Of a stretch of DNA of 64,000 nucleotides, positions 38,573-48,825 are shown piece after piece. The notes under the pieces were generated by a model, which was not told the DNA's origin, did no database searches, and saw only the letters and a list, made by a program, of their open reading frames with translations. Every line of letters starts with the position of its first letter. Within the stretch, counting starts at the first letter, position 1. The DNA is from Thermodesulfovibrionia bacterium (GTDB lineage Bacteria > Nitrospirota > Thermodesulfovibrionia > UBA6902): NCBI GenBank assembly GCA_947259735.1, contig CAMYNN010000006.1:4998-68997 (forward strand). Direction: 5' to 3'. Made by a program: the position numbers and the translations under genes.

Positions 38573-39436
38573 TTACAGAATTGAACTTTTGATAAATTCT
38601 TTTAAATCCCCGCCGATATCTTCTCTATCCAGCGCATATTTTAGAATTGCCTTGAGATAATTAAACGGATCTCCTGTTGTGAGCCATTCTCCATCTTCAA
38701 CTTCTCTGGCCAGAAACGTTCCTCCCCCCCTGACATAGGTACGAATAGCATCAACAATCCACAGTTCATCTCCTTTTCCGAGAGGAGTGCTCTTTAGAAT
38801 ATCAACAATGTCCTGATTTAAAATCATGCGGCCAAAATCAGCCAACTGCGACGGAGCATCTTCTACTGCAGGTTTCTCTATTATATCCTCTATCTCCATG
38901 GTGCCTTCCCGTAATTTGACAATTCCGTAACGGTCTACTTCCTCTTTCGGCACTTTCTGCACACCGATCATCAGGTTTCCGTCACGATCATAATCATCAA
39001 CCATCTGTTTTGCAAAGGGGACACGGGATTTTACAAGGTCATCGCCCCATATATAAACAAATGTTTCTCCTTCTACAAGACTTGCCGCTGATAATACGGG
39101 AGTTCCGTTTCCGTAGGGGCCTTTTTGCCGTATGTAAATGAAATTGGCCATATCAGCCACTTTTTTTACCTCTTTCAGCTTTTCCGTTTTCCCCGCTTTT
39201 TCCAGTTCATTGGCCAGAGCCCAGTTATGATCAAAGTGGTCTTCCAGTGGTTTTTTATCCCACTTCGTTACCAGGATCACATCTTCTATACCGGCTTCCA
39301 CCAGTTCTTCCACAACCAGTTGAATTATCGGTTTGTCCACAATCGGGAGCATTTCCTTCGGCATCGTCTTCGTGGCTGGTAAAAATCTTGTGCCCGACCC
39401 GGCTACTGCAATAACTGCTTTCTTTATTTTAGACAT
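38573..39436 (-). CDS. galU: UTP--glucose-1-phosphate uridylyltransferase
   Basis: N-terminal AVIAVAGSGTRFLPATK nucleotidyltransferase motif plus GalU family conservation. Confidence 0.85.
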   Translation of the reverse strand: MSKIKKAVIAVAGSGTRFLPATKTMPKEMLPIVDKPIIQLVVEELVEAGIEDVILVTKWDKKPLEDHFDHNWALANELEKAGKTEKLKEVKKVADMANFIYIRQKGPYGNGTPVLSAASLVEGETFVYIWGDDLVKSRVPFAKQMVDDYDRDGNLMIGVQKVPKEEVDRYGIVKLREGTMEIEDIIEKPAVEDAPSQLADFGRMILNQDIVDILKSTPLGKGDELWIVDAIRTYVRGGGTFLAREVEDGEWLTTGDPFNYLKAILKYALDREDIGGDLKEFIKSSIL

Positions 39437-39733
39437 ACGGCGTGGACCCCCTTTAATCTATGTGTTCGAATTTCATGTTTATGACAGAAATTTCCCCCGG
39501 CTGATCACGTACAACAGAAAAGGGATGTTCATACTACAGACACTGTAGTTCTTTTATTTTAAAAGAGAACTGCAGATTATGCAATATTTCCGTGCAGATT
39601 TGACAAGAATCCTGAATAGACCGGCGTCACTCCGTCTGTCACTCAAAAGGGAGGTCCCGGAAACATATTACTGGCATGAGTTAATTGACAAAAAGAGTAC
39701 AATCCCTTACATTGTAATAGTTTTAGTATACTT

Positions 39734-40171
39734 TTGAGGAGGCTTATAATAATGAAAAGCAGGGTGAAACTGGTTGAGGGTATGCAGTTTGTCGCGAGCG
39801 CAGAGTCAGGACACGCCGTTGTCATGGATGGGCCGGCTTCGGTCGGGGGGAATAATACGGGGTCAAAGCCTTCGGAACTGCTGCTTATGGCATTTGGCGG
39901 GTGCTCGGGAATGGATGTTATTTCAATACTGAGAAAGAAGAAACAGGATATTGTGAATTTTGAAATGAATGTAACCGGTGAGACAGCAGAAAAACATCCC
40001 CGTTTTTTTACGGACATTCATATTGAATATGTCCTTACGGGAAGAAACATTTCTGAAGAAGCGGTAAAAAGGGCAATTGAGCTGTCAATTGACAGATATT
40101 GTATGGTTGGGACAACCATCGGCAAAGGTGCAAACATAACCCACTCATACCGGATAATCCAGAGCGATTAA
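39734..40171 (+). CDS. OsmC/Ohr-family peroxiredoxin-like protein
   Basis: OsmC fold with the two conserved Cys (GGCSGMD … DRYCMV). Confidence 0.7.
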   Translation: MRRLIIMKSRVKLVEGMQFVASAESGHAVVMDGPASVGGNNTGSKPSELLLMAFGGCSGMDVISILRKKKQDIVNFEMNVTGETAEKHPRFFTDIHIEYVLTGRNISEEAVKRAIELSIDRYCMVGTTIGKGANITHSYRIIQSD

Positions 40172-40224
40172 GTGATTGGGTCCTCGCGGGCTTCGATTTT
40201 CCTCTGTGGTGTGTTAATTAGTGA

Positions 40225-40701
40225 ATGATGCCTACTCCAATTAATTCATTGCTGAAAAAAATACAACATGCAATAGCAACGCTCGGATTTGTCGGATACC
40301 TGCCCCATGCACCCGGGACGTTCGGTTCAGCCGCAGGTTTTCTTTTCGTACTGATCATAAAACCCGAAGATTTCACTCTCCTGATAATAATCGCTTTTTT
40401 ATTTATTCTGGGAACGGCTGCTTCACAGAGTACGGAAAAACTTCTCGGAAAAGACAGCGGACATATTGTGATTGATGAGTTGTGCGGATATTTGATTTCA
40501 GTTCTGTTTGTACCGAAATCCTTCGGCTTTCTCCTTGCAGCCTTCTTATTGTTCAGGGTATTTGACATTTTCAAGCCTCCACCGATACGGTCAATTGAAA
40601 GGGGCCTGCCAGGAGGTGCGGGGATTATGCTGGATGATGTCCTTGCAGGAATGTACGCAAATGTGTCCCTGCAATTATTGAAATTCCTGTTTGTTCATTA
40701 A
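40225..40701 (+). CDS. pgpA: Phosphatidylglycerophosphatase A
   Basis: PgpA family signature (…GTFGSAAG…ID E…). Confidence 0.75.
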   Translation: MMPTPINSLLKKIQHAIATLGFVGYLPHAPGTFGSAAGFLFVLIIKPEDFTLLIIIAFLFILGTAASQSTEKLLGKDSGHIVIDELCGYLISVLFVPKSFGFLLAAFLLFRVFDIFKPPPIRSIERGLPGGAGIMLDDVLAGMYANVSLQLLKFLFVH

Positions 40702-40841
40702 TGAGAAAAATTCAGCCCTTTGCGTTTTGGTCAGAGACATTCGGGATTGCTGCCGGGAATCCGGGATTTTTGATTTAAGGCTATGGTATCCTAGTCTGAC
40801 TATCACGGGCAGGGTGATTTTTCTTAAGAATACACTGGACC

Positions 40842-41408
40842 TTGAGAAGTTTTATTGCCATAAAATTGCCTGAAACTGTTCAATCTTCCCTTGCTGAACT
40901 TCAGCTGGAACTGAAAAGTACGGGTGCACATATCAGGTGGGTAAAGCCTGAGAATATTCATCTTACATTGAAATTTCTCGGTGATACTGAAGAGAAAGCG
41001 GTCGATAGAATTATATCAGCATTACAGGGGACATGTAATACATTTGAGCCTTTTCGTCTTGAACTGAGAGGCGTTGGCCTTTTTCCGGGTGTTCGGTCAC
41101 CGAGAATAATCTGGGCGGGTGTGAGCTGCGGACCGGCTCTCACAAGCATCCAGAGTGATGTTGAAAAGGAGCTTTCTTTATTGGGATTTGAGAAAGAGAA
41201 CCGGAAGTTTATACCCCATCTGACCCTTGGCAGGTTTAAGTCTTCCCGGGGCCAAAAAACGATACAGAAAAAAGTAGATCACCTCAGAGACAGCTCCTGT
41301 GGGTTCGTGGATGTCACGTCTGTTTCCCTGATAAAAAGTGAACTCAGTCCAGCAGGCTCCAGGTACACGAGAATTGCAGAAATCCCATTGAATGGACCAG
41401 GCGTATAA
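40842..41408 (+). CDS. thpR: RNA 2',3'-cyclic phosphodiesterase (2H phosphoesterase, LigT/ThpR), TTG start
   Basis: Two H-x-T-x motifs (HLTLKF, HLTLGR). Confidence 0.75.
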   Translation: MRSFIAIKLPETVQSSLAELQLELKSTGAHIRWVKPENIHLTLKFLGDTEEKAVDRIISALQGTCNTFEPFRLELRGVGLFPGVRSPRIIWAGVSCGPALTSIQSDVEKELSLLGFEKENRKFIPHLTLGRFKSSRGQKTIQKKVDHLRDSSCGFVDVTSVSLIKSELSPAGSRYTRIAEIPLNGPGV

Positions 41409-41465
41409 ACTAATAAGAAGTGAAAGCGTATTTTTTATATATTTGACAACGAATTATGGATTTTC

Positions 41466-41480
41466 ATGAGTAGTACTCAT
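41466..41480. promoter_or_regulatory. Perfect palindrome ATGAGTA-G-TACTCAT overlapping the -10 region of a TTGACA-N17 promoter upstream of recA. Candidate LexA/SOS operator.
   Basis: TTGACA at 41443-41448, and the palindrome starts 17 nt later. It is positioned as a repressor operator would be. No known LexA consensus is matched exactly. Confidence 0.35.
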
Positions 41481-41537
41481 TGTAATCAGCCTTACAGAAT
41501 TTAAAACGGGGATCATATAAATTTAGGAGGAAACATT

Positions 41538-42533
41538 ATGTCAGACAAAGATCGTACGAAAGCACTGGAGGTCGCAATAACGCAGATAGAGAAGCAGTTC
41601 GGCAAGGGGGCCATCATGAGGCTTGGCTCTGAAGGTGTTGTCGAGGTGCCTGCCATTTCGACTGGCTCTATCGGCCTGGATGCGGCACTGGGTATCGGTG
41701 GTTTCCCGCGAGGCAGGGTTGTTGAGATCTATGGTCCTGAATCTTCGGGAAAAACGACTCTTGCCCTCAGTGCTATTGCCCAGGCGCAGAAAGCAGGCGG
41801 GACAGCGGCCTTTATCGATGCGGAGCATGCCCTTGATGTATCCTATGCCGAGAAACTTGGAGTGAACGTCAGCGACCTCCTTATCAGCCAGCCTGACACC
41901 GGCGAACAGGGACTGGAAGTCACCGAAACGCTTGTTCGGAGCGGAGCCCTTGACATTATTGTAATTGACTCAGTTGCAGCCCTTGTTCCCCGGGCTGAGA
42001 TTGAGGGTGACATGGGCGACAGTCTGCCCGGCCTTCAGGCACGGCTCATGAGCCAGGCACTGAGAAAGCTCACTTCGGCGATTGCAAAGGGGCAGGCAAC
42101 GGTGATGTTTATTAACCAGATAAGGATGAAGATAGGAGTCATGTTCGGGAACCCTGAAACAACCACGGGAGGAAATGCACTGAAGTTCTATTCGTCGGTA
42201 CGGCTTGATATCAGGAGAATTGAACAGCTGAAAACTTCCCAGGAAGCGGTCGGGAACAGAGTAAGGGTCAAGGTAGTCAAAAATAAGGTCGCGCCTCCCT
42301 TTAAGCAGGCCGAGTTTGACATATACTTTAATGAAGGAATATCGCGGGCCGGTGAGCTTATCGATATCGGAATAGAGAAAAAAATAGTGGAACGGGCAGG
42401 CGCGTGGTATTCATACAACGGGAACAAAATTGGCCAGGGGAGAGAAAATACAAGGCAATACCTAAAGTCGAACCCTGAAATGGCCGATGAAATTGAAGCA
42501 AGGGTACTTGAGGAATATAATTTCAAAAGGTGA
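41538..42533 (+). CDS. recA: Recombinase A
   Basis: Canonical RecA ([10 protein letters not shown]1/L2 loops). RBS AGGAGG upstream. Confidence 0.95.
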   Translation: MSDKDRTKALEVAITQIEKQFGKGAIMRLGSEGVVEVPAISTGSIGLDAALGIGGFPRGRVVEIYGPESSGKTTLALSAIAQAQKAGGTAAFIDAEHALDVSYAEKLGVNVSDLLISQPDTGEQGLEVTETLVRSGALDIIVIDSVAALVPRAEIEGDMGDSLPGLQARLMSQALRKLTSAIAKGQATVMFINQIRMKIGVMFGNPETTTGGNALKFYSSVRLDIRRIEQLKTSQEAVGNRVRVKVVKNKVAPPFKQAEFDIYFNEGISRAGELIDIGIEKKIVERAGAWYSYNGNKIGQGRENTRQYLKSNPEMADEIEARVLEEYNFKR

Positions 42534-42536
42534 GAA

Positions 42537-43700
42537 ATGTTAGTAGAGATCGACGGGATACTGAAAAAAGCCGTTCAAAAAGGCGCATCTGATATTCATA
42601 TTAAAGCAGGCAGTTATCCGATTATCAGGATAAACGGAGAGCTGTCTGAAATGCGAAATGAAATAAAGGTTACCCCGGAAGATACATCCAATATTGCCAT
42701 GAGCGTTCTCATGGAGTCGCAATGGGAAGAGTTCAGCAAAAGCAACGACATTGATATTGCATACGGTGTTGCCGGGCTCGGACGGTTCAGGTGCAACTGT
42801 TACATGCAGAGAGGGACTGTCGGTTTAGTGTTCAGGTTTATTCCCACTGTTATTCCTGACATCGAAGAGTTGAGCCTGCCTGTGGTCCTGAAGAAGGTGG
42901 CCATGGAGCCAAGAGGGCTTGTTCTAGTAACAGGGACAACGGGGAGCGGTAAATCGACCACCCTTGCATCGATGATTGATTATATTAACTTAAACAAGTC
43001 TGTAAATATTATCACTATCGAAGACCCTGTTGAATTTCTGCACAAGGACAAAAAAAGCATAGTCAGCCAGAGAGAAGTAGGCACTGATACAGAAACATTT
43101 TCCAAGGCGCTGCGGGCAGCACTGAGACAGGACCCCGACGTAATTCTCGTCGGTGAAATGCGTGATTTTGAAACTATCAAGACAGCCCTTGACGCTGCGG
43201 AGACAGGGCATCTTGTGGTAAGTACATTGCACACTATCGATGCTGTTGAAACGATTAACAGGATTGTGTCAGTATTCCCTCCCTACCAGCACCACCAGGT
43301 GAGGGCGCAGCTTGCGTCTGTCCTGAGAGCAACCATATCGATGAGGCTCGTTCCGCAGGCGGAGAATAAAGGAATGGTACCTGCGGTGGAAGTACTTATA
43401 GCGACCGCTACAATAAGGGCCTGCATTGAAGACCCTGACAAGACGAAACTTATTCGTGATTACATAGCGGAAGGAACCAGTCAATACGGAATGCAGACAT
43501 TCGACCAGTCTCTCTTCGGTCTTTTCCAGAAAGACCTTATCACGTACGAGGAGGCGGTGAGCAGGGCGACGAACCCTGATGATTTTGCCCTCAGAGTAAA
43601 AGGGATAACGTCAACGAGAGATGTCTGGGGGGCAGGCGGTGATATTTCAAAAGACTCTGAAGACGAAAAGGGCCCGGAGATTGAAAGGTTCTCGGAGTGA
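42537..43700 (+). CDS. pilT: PilT-family type IV pilus retraction ATPase
   Basis: Walker A GTTGSGKST, Asp box, His box (…TLHT…) and a PilT-specific C-terminus. Starts 4 nt after the recA stop. Confidence 0.85.
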   Translation: MLVEIDGILKKAVQKGASDIHIKAGSYPIIRINGELSEMRNEIKVTPEDTSNIAMSVLMESQWEEFSKSNDIDIAYGVAGLGRFRCNCYMQRGTVGLVFRFIPTVIPDIEELSLPVVLKKVAMEPRGLVLVTGTTGSGKSTTLASMIDYINLNKSVNIITIEDPVEFLHKDKKSIVSQREVGTDTETFSKALRAALRQDPDVILVGEMRDFETIKTALDAAETGHLVVSTLHTIDAVETINRIVSVFPPYQHHQVRAQLASVLRATISMRLVPQAENKGMVPAVEVLIATATIRACIEDPDKTKLIRDYIAEGTSQYGMQTFDQSLFGLFQKDLITYEEAVSRATNPDDFALRVKGITSTRDVWGAGGDISKDSEDEKGPEIERFSE

Positions 43701-44139
43701 CGCAAAAACCTATGCACTGAGGCTTCTCGGCTACCGCGCAAGAAGCAGAAAAGAGATGCTCGAACGGCTCAGGGGAAAAGGCTTTGAGAGCGATCAGATC
43801 AATACAGTAATCACATCCCTTGAAGATACCGGGCTCTTAAACGATAAAGTACTTTCCTCAGATCTCTTCCGATACGCCATAGAACGAAAATCCCTCGGCC
43901 GGCAGGGCATCAGAATGTTCCTTGCCAAACGGGGCATCGAAAAGGACCTCATTGAAAGCACTCTGTCAACCCATACGGATGAAGGGGATGAAAAGGCCGC
44001 TCTCGAATTTGCGGAAAGAAAACTGAAGACCCTGAAAAAACACCCTGACGATGTAGTGAAAAGAAGGCTCTGGGGGATGCTCCAGCGCAGGGGTTTTTCA
44101 GTGGGAGTGATCAGAAAGGTTATTGGGTTAGTAATATAG
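43621..44139 (+). CDS. recX: RecA regulator RecX. Start is uncertain and overlaps the pilT 3' end.
   Basis: Three-helical-repeat RecX signature (…YALRLLGYRARSRKEM…). The ORF-track ATG lies 80 nt inside pilT. Alternative GTG/TTG starts exist at ~43639 and ~43680. Confidence 0.65.
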   Translation: MSGGQAVIFQKTLKTKRARRLKGSRSDAKTYALRLLGYRARSRKEMLERLRGKGFESDQINTVITSLEDTGLLNDKVLSSDLFRYAIERKSLGRQGIRMFLAKRGIEKDLIESTLSTHTDEGDEKAALEFAERKLKTLKKHPDDVVKRRLWGMLQRRGFSVGVIRKVIGLVI

Positions 44140-44161
44140 GATATTCTGCTCTATCTGCATT

Positions 44162-44767
44162 TTAAACTGACTGGTCTGATGCGGGTGCTGTCTCTGCGTA
44201 TTTCTCAAGAAAGGATACTATGGATTCAACATTCTCCAGGTTCTTGCCGTAATCTACAATTGTTGTCCACGAGCTTGGCCAGCTGGATACTTTTATTTCA
44301 GTACTCTCATCGCTGACCCTGTCTATGGCGTAAGAGATTGTGTCTCCCCAGGTCTTCCAGTTAACCGACGATTTTGCGATAATTATTCCCCGGGGAAGAT
44401 CTTTTTCCTGCGCAGTGCATCCCTTGACTGCACTCAGCGATTTCATGCACATATCGAATGTGCTGTCATAGGAGAGGGGCAGTCTGAGTTGACGCTCATG
44501 GCATGTCTCCAGTGTCTCTTTCGTGGCTTTTCCTGCAACTGCCGTTACGGCACGGCTGTGGAGAAAGCCTAATATGAAATACATGAGAAATCCGAAGAGC
44601 ATTCCGGCTGCCAGACCGCTTTTCAGTCCTACGGAAAAACCATAGAGGATTGAATAGAGTATTCCCGTGAATATGGCGAAGGGAATTCCATTTACGAGAA
44701 AGATCTTTACATTTCTGTTCATATCCTTATTCTTCGGCTTAATAGTCTTTATGCTGAAAAGGGGCAT
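44162..44767 (-). CDS. Hypothetical membrane protein (N-terminal TM helices plus soluble C-domain)
   Basis: Hydrophobic N-terminal third. No recognisable domain. Confidence 0.35.
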   Translation of the reverse strand: MPLFSIKTIKPKNKDMNRNVKIFLVNGIPFAIFTGILYSILYGFSVGLKSGLAAGMLFGFLMYFILGFLHSRAVTAVAGKATKETLETCHERQLRLPLSYDSTFDMCMKSLSAVKGCTAQEKDLPRGIIIAKSSVNWKTWGDTISYAIDRVSDESTEIKVSSWPSSWTTIVDYGKNLENVESIVSFLEKYAETAPASDQSV

Positions 44768-44812
44768 CGGAACCAGCGTGAAGTTATCCTGAATCCCATT
44801 CGTGATGCAATC

Positions 44813-45298
44813 TCAGATAGTTGTGCAGGCGTCATTTGAATAATCACTTTCACTTCCGGACAAGTCATATGCGGTAACAGCAAAACACCATGAGCCGGGC
44901 GACAGTTTACCAATTGATGCAGTTGTTGCGGAGCCTACATTTATAGAGTAGTTGTAACGGACGTCATCGCTTTTACCGTAGTATACGATAAATCCCCCGA
45001 GGTCAGTTAATGAGGACCCATCGGCATTGGTTGCCGGTGGATACCATGATATGCTTACAGATCCGCTGTAGACCGGAGTCGAATCTTCTTTACGCAATTG
45101 TTTTTTTTGGATGGTATTACTTTTTTTTACGCGCGCTTTGCCTGTACTGTGCCCACTTCCTCCACCTCCGCAACCAATAGCTGTCATGGCAAGTAAAAGA
45201 ACAGCACCAATCGTGAGAATTCCTTTTGCCCTCGGCTTTGTATTCGACGTCTTAATGAGCCAGTCTCCTGAATCCCCATATAAATTTTCGCAAGCCAA
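44813..45298 (-). CDS. Lipoprotein with a fibronectin type III-like domain
   Basis: …LLLAMTAIGCGGGGSG lipobox. The C-terminus, …VSISWYPP…YYG…Y.Y.I.V…A.D..G.ES, is FN3-like. Confidence 0.4.
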   Translation of the reverse strand: MACENLYGDSGDWLIKTSNTKPRAKGILTIGAVLLLAMTAIGCGGGGSGHSTGKARVKKSNTIQKKQLRKEDSTPVYSGSVSISWYPPATNADGSSLTDLGGFIVYYGKSDDVRYNYSINVGSATTASIGKLSPGSWCFAVTAYDLSGSESDYSNDACTTI

Positions 45299-45457
45299 CG
45301 CACGTAATGTACCACAAAGGTTATTCTCTATTCAACTACTTCAATTGAATTGCAGGTTATCACAAGAGACTGCGGGTATTTTCTATGTGCATCCAATGGG
45401 TTGTATGGTAAAGACCCCCTGAGCCATCATGGTGAGTGTCCTGCATAGGGAGGAAGA

Positions 45458-46987
45458 TTACCCATCGTTCATCGCAAAGAAAGGAGCGTGGTTGGACGTA
45501 AATATGGGAGGGTTTCTCCTGAGTATTTCCGAGACAGCACTCTGCTTCCTGAATTCATCCTGGAGAAACTTCCGTACCTCGCCTCTGTGCCATCCTCCGG
45601 GATGTGTGAACCCCGAATAGAGAGACAGGTCTCCCTCATAGAAACTGATCGTCTCATAGTCATTTATTCCCGGTCCTGAAAGGGGCATGTTAAATAGTGC
45701 AAGATTCAGAAACCCGATTTCATTTTGATGTCTCACCACGAACTCAAGGGTGTTCCGTGCATTCTGCAACGTCTCCGGCGGTGTTCCGAACAGCAGATAA
45801 ATGTACGTGGCAATGCCTGCCCTTTTGAGTGTTTTTAAAACGAGAGATGCCCTTTCGAGGCTGATCCCTTTTTCCATACTGTCAAGAACTCCCTGGTCCC
45901 CTGATTCAAGGCCGAGCTTCAGCATCACACATCCTGATTCCTTAAGGGCCATGCAAAAATCGATATCGGTCAGAAGGCTGTTTATCCTCGCAAAGCCATA
46001 CCATGGAACTCCGGGAGGGCTGTCAGCCAGACGCTTGAGAAGCGCGGTGCTGACGGCGTTGTCCAGAAGGTGAAGAAGTTCCGGCCTTGTTGTACTTATG
46101 AGCGAGCCAAGGTCATCTATTACTTTGTCAACAGGCTTTGGAGCATAGGGGTTATCTTCGGCCCGCTCCGGGCAGAAAGAACATCTGTTCCAGTAGCATC
46201 CGCTTGAAGCACTGTAGGGAAGAATAAATCCGGGAGAAATATAATCATTGAGGGGCAATGAGTCGTAAGCGGGCATGAATATTTTTTTTTCAGGCATGTT
46301 AATCCCCATCACAGAAAGAAGCGGTTCTTCCCCCGGTCCGGACACAAGCAGATCAATAAGTCCTGTAAAGGGATTCCCCCATGTCGGTCTTTTCGTCCAG
46401 GACGTAACAAGCCCTCCGCCGAGGATAATTTTTATCTCCGGAAAGTTTTGACGCACGAAACCGATCATTGCAAAGGTGCAGAGCGCCTGGCTCAGGTAAT
46501 TCATTGAGAAGCCGATGTGCGAGAGGCTCCTTTCCTGTATCAATGAAAGCAGGCGCTCCGAAAAAAAGGAATAAAAAGGATTCATTTCCGGTTTTTCAGA
46601 GGCCCTGATAAGATCGGCACTTCTTAAGGGGGAAAGCTCGTGGTGCCTGTAATTGGCGAGCCCTGGTGTTGTGCCGCGGGTGGCGGACTTTTCAAGTGCC
46701 CGGTTCAGGTCAATGACGGCCCGTTTGTAGCGGTCGATATTCTGATAGGTGCTCCAGCCTTTCAGTGAGCGGTAATTCTTGGACGCGTTGCGAAAAGCAC
46801 GGTCAGTCCACCTGTCGGAGGGAGAGGAAGTCAGCCGCTGGGCATTCCCTGTCATGTAGAGAAGGGACTCTATGTTTGCATCCAGAATAGTGCAGTCTAT
46901 TCCGTGACCTTTCAGTGCACCTGCAAGTTGTGCAATACCGGCCGGGGGCTCAGAGGGCTTTGCAACGGGGGGGTAAACTAGTATCAT
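45458..46987 (-). CDS. B12-binding-domain radical SAM protein
   Basis: N-terminal cobalamin-binding fold, then SGCYWNRCSFC radical SAM motif. Confidence 0.75.
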   Translation of the reverse strand: MILVYPPVAKPSEPPAGIAQLAGALKGHGIDCTILDANIESLLYMTGNAQRLTSSPSDRWTDRAFRNASKNYRSLKGWSTYQNIDRYKRAVIDLNRALEKSATRGTTPGLANYRHHELSPLRSADLIRASEKPEMNPFYSFFSERLLSLIQERSLSHIGFSMNYLSQALCTFAMIGFVRQNFPEIKIILGGGLVTSWTKRPTWGNPFTGLIDLLVSGPGEEPLLSVMGINMPEKKIFMPAYDSLPLNDYISPGFILPYSASSGCYWNRCSFCPERAEDNPYAPKPVDKVIDDLGSLISTTRPELLHLLDNAVSTALLKRLADSPPGVPWYGFARINSLLTDIDFCMALKESGCVMLKLGLESGDQGVLDSMEKGISLERASLVLKTLKRAGIATYIYLLFGTPPETLQNARNTLEFVVRHQNEIGFLNLALFNMPLSGPGINDYETISFYEGDLSLYSGFTHPGGWHRGEVRKFLQDEFRKQSAVSEILRRNPPIFTSNHAPFFAMNDG

Positions 46988-47510
46988 ACATTATCAGGCA
47001 TGTTTAAATGATCTATCCAGACGCAGGGAGTAATATGTGTCTCCTGCCATACTTTATCCTCTCTGCGCTTAACCGAAGTTTTTCTTTCTCTTCCTGTTTC
47101 TTATCAAAAACTGTCTTCCCTTATTTTCTCAACAGGCTTTTATTATATGTTATATATGTATGACTATCAAAGTCGCAACATAGGGAATAACTTTATACTC
47201 TGTTGGATAAAGGGGGCATACATTTGAAGCTTATTGTAAAAAGAATTTATCTATTTGTAAATTTGCTTGTCGTGACAGTACACAGAATTGTCAATTGATA
47301 CATGTGCAAAGTCACACCATTATCATGCCTCATCAGAAATCACTTTCAATGAGTCTCGTGTAACACCTTGTAATAAAAACCTAAAAGATCTCATCCCCTC
47401 TCTTCCCTTTCTTGGCATGTGTATTGCGTATGCATATTGTAACGCAAAGTACAATATGCACTCGCTTTACCGGTTTTTTTATGAATATGCATTTAAGGAG
47501 GGGGGAGAAT

Positions 47511-48113
47511 ATGAAGAATAATTTTTTCTTGTTTTCATGCATAATTGTAATCCTTGTGGGCCTTGCATCTTTTGGTCATGCCACGGTGACGATTGCGGAG
47601 TTTTTCGATCCAGCAACGCAGGAAGGTTTCTATGATGTGAGTGTTGACAACGACTTTGTTGTTGCATTTGCCGTGGGAAACGATACAGCCACCGACAGCG
47701 ATACAGAAAGGTCCGGTTGGGATTCGAGCGAGGTTGAAAAGGATGAGTGGAATAGCACAATTGCTCTAATCGGTTTGCCATCGGCTGCATCGTTTGAGAA
47801 TATCTTCGGGGCAGGAGTCGAACAGGCAGTTGCTTATTGGGACAATGGGCTGGCGAACTTTTTTAGTCCAAAGGCCAGCAATCCTATAGGACCGACGGAG
47901 TCAGACAACCGTTTCGCATGGTTGGGATCAGTGCCGGCATCCAATTTTGTAGTGTTCACGAGTGACGAGAACGGTAACGTTGATCCGGATCCTGAAAATG
48001 TTATTCTTGGCACCACTACTGTTGTCCCTGAGCCAGTCAGTACAACCCTGTTTATTGTAGGAGGAGCAACGCTGGGATTCAGACGCTTCTGGAGGAAGAA
48101 AAGAAATAGTTAA
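47511..48113 (+). CDS. PEP-CTERM sorting-domain protein (secreted, exosortase substrate)
   Basis: Signal peptide MKNNFFLFSCIIVILVGLASFGHA. C-terminal VPEP-VSTTLFIVGGATLGF-RRFWRKKR (PEP motif + TM + basic tail). Start moved to ATG 47511, which follows an AAGGAGGGGGGA RBS. Confidence 0.75.
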   Translation: MKNNFFLFSCIIVILVGLASFGHATVTIAEFFDPATQEGFYDVSVDNDFVVAFAVGNDTATDSDTERSGWDSSEVEKDEWNSTIALIGLPSAASFENIFGAGVEQAVAYWDNGLANFFSPKASNPIGPTESDNRFAWLGSVPASNFVVFTSDENGNVDPDPENVILGTTTVVPEPVSTTLFIVGGATLGFRRFWRKKRNS

Positions 48114-48137
48114 TCGACATAAGAGAGCATTTTTTTA

Positions 48138-48172
48138 AAAGAGACCTGGAATTTTCAGGTCTCTTTTTTTTG
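48138..48172 (+). terminator. Rho-independent terminator
   Basis: AAAAGAGACCTG-GAATTTT-CAGGTCTCTTTTTTTT. Confidence 0.7.
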
Positions 48173-48377
48173 TGTACTTTCCATCTTCTGAATTATATCG
48201 GTCTCAATATGAATCAATATATCTAAGATGCCGCGTTCATTGCTTTTTATGAGTTTGATAAGCGCGTTCCTCATTTCTCAAGTTTGATGTCTTAAACACC
48301 GAATAAGTATATAAAATGTATTCTTCCATTATTTGCGGGATTTGGAGGAATGATTTCTGTAAAAGAAAGGCGCAGAC

Positions 48378-48782
48378 ATGGAACGAAGGTCTTTTCACCG
48401 GTATCCGATTCAGCTCGATGTTAAGCTGAAGAAACCTGACGGGACAACTTCCGTAATAGACGGGAAAGTCGTTGATGTTTCATCCAGTGGTCTCGGGATT
48501 ATCGTGAGTGAAAAACTGCAACCGGGCGCGGAAATTACCATTGAGTGGCAGAATCCTCCATTTTATTGTGATGGAGAGGCTCTTGCAATAGGTGCGATAG
48601 TAAATATTGTGAAACCGGAAGAAGGAAGTGATCAGTTTAAGCTGGGCATTGAGTTCTCAGCCTCAGATTCAGAATTGACCCAGAGTCTGCTGAATTGGAT
48701 TCAGATGCAGGCAAGTATGAAGAAGAGGGCGGAATCTGTTCGCAAGCAGTTTACAAGTCAGAAAAGGCGCATTAAGTTTTAG
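48378..48782 (+). CDS. PilZ-domain (c-di-GMP-binding) protein
   Basis: RxxxR (RRSFHRYP) and D-x-S-x-x-G (DVSSSGLG) motifs. Confidence 0.65.
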   Translation: MERRSFHRYPIQLDVKLKKPDGTTSVIDGKVVDVSSSGLGIIVSEKLQPGAEITIEWQNPPFYCDGEALAIGAIVNIVKPEEGSDQFKLGIEFSASDSELTQSLLNWIQMQASMKKRAESVRKQFTSQKRRIKF

Positions 48783-48825
48783 TGCTTCAGCTGCTCAGCC
48801 CGTGGCAGTGGGCGAAATAGTGTGA

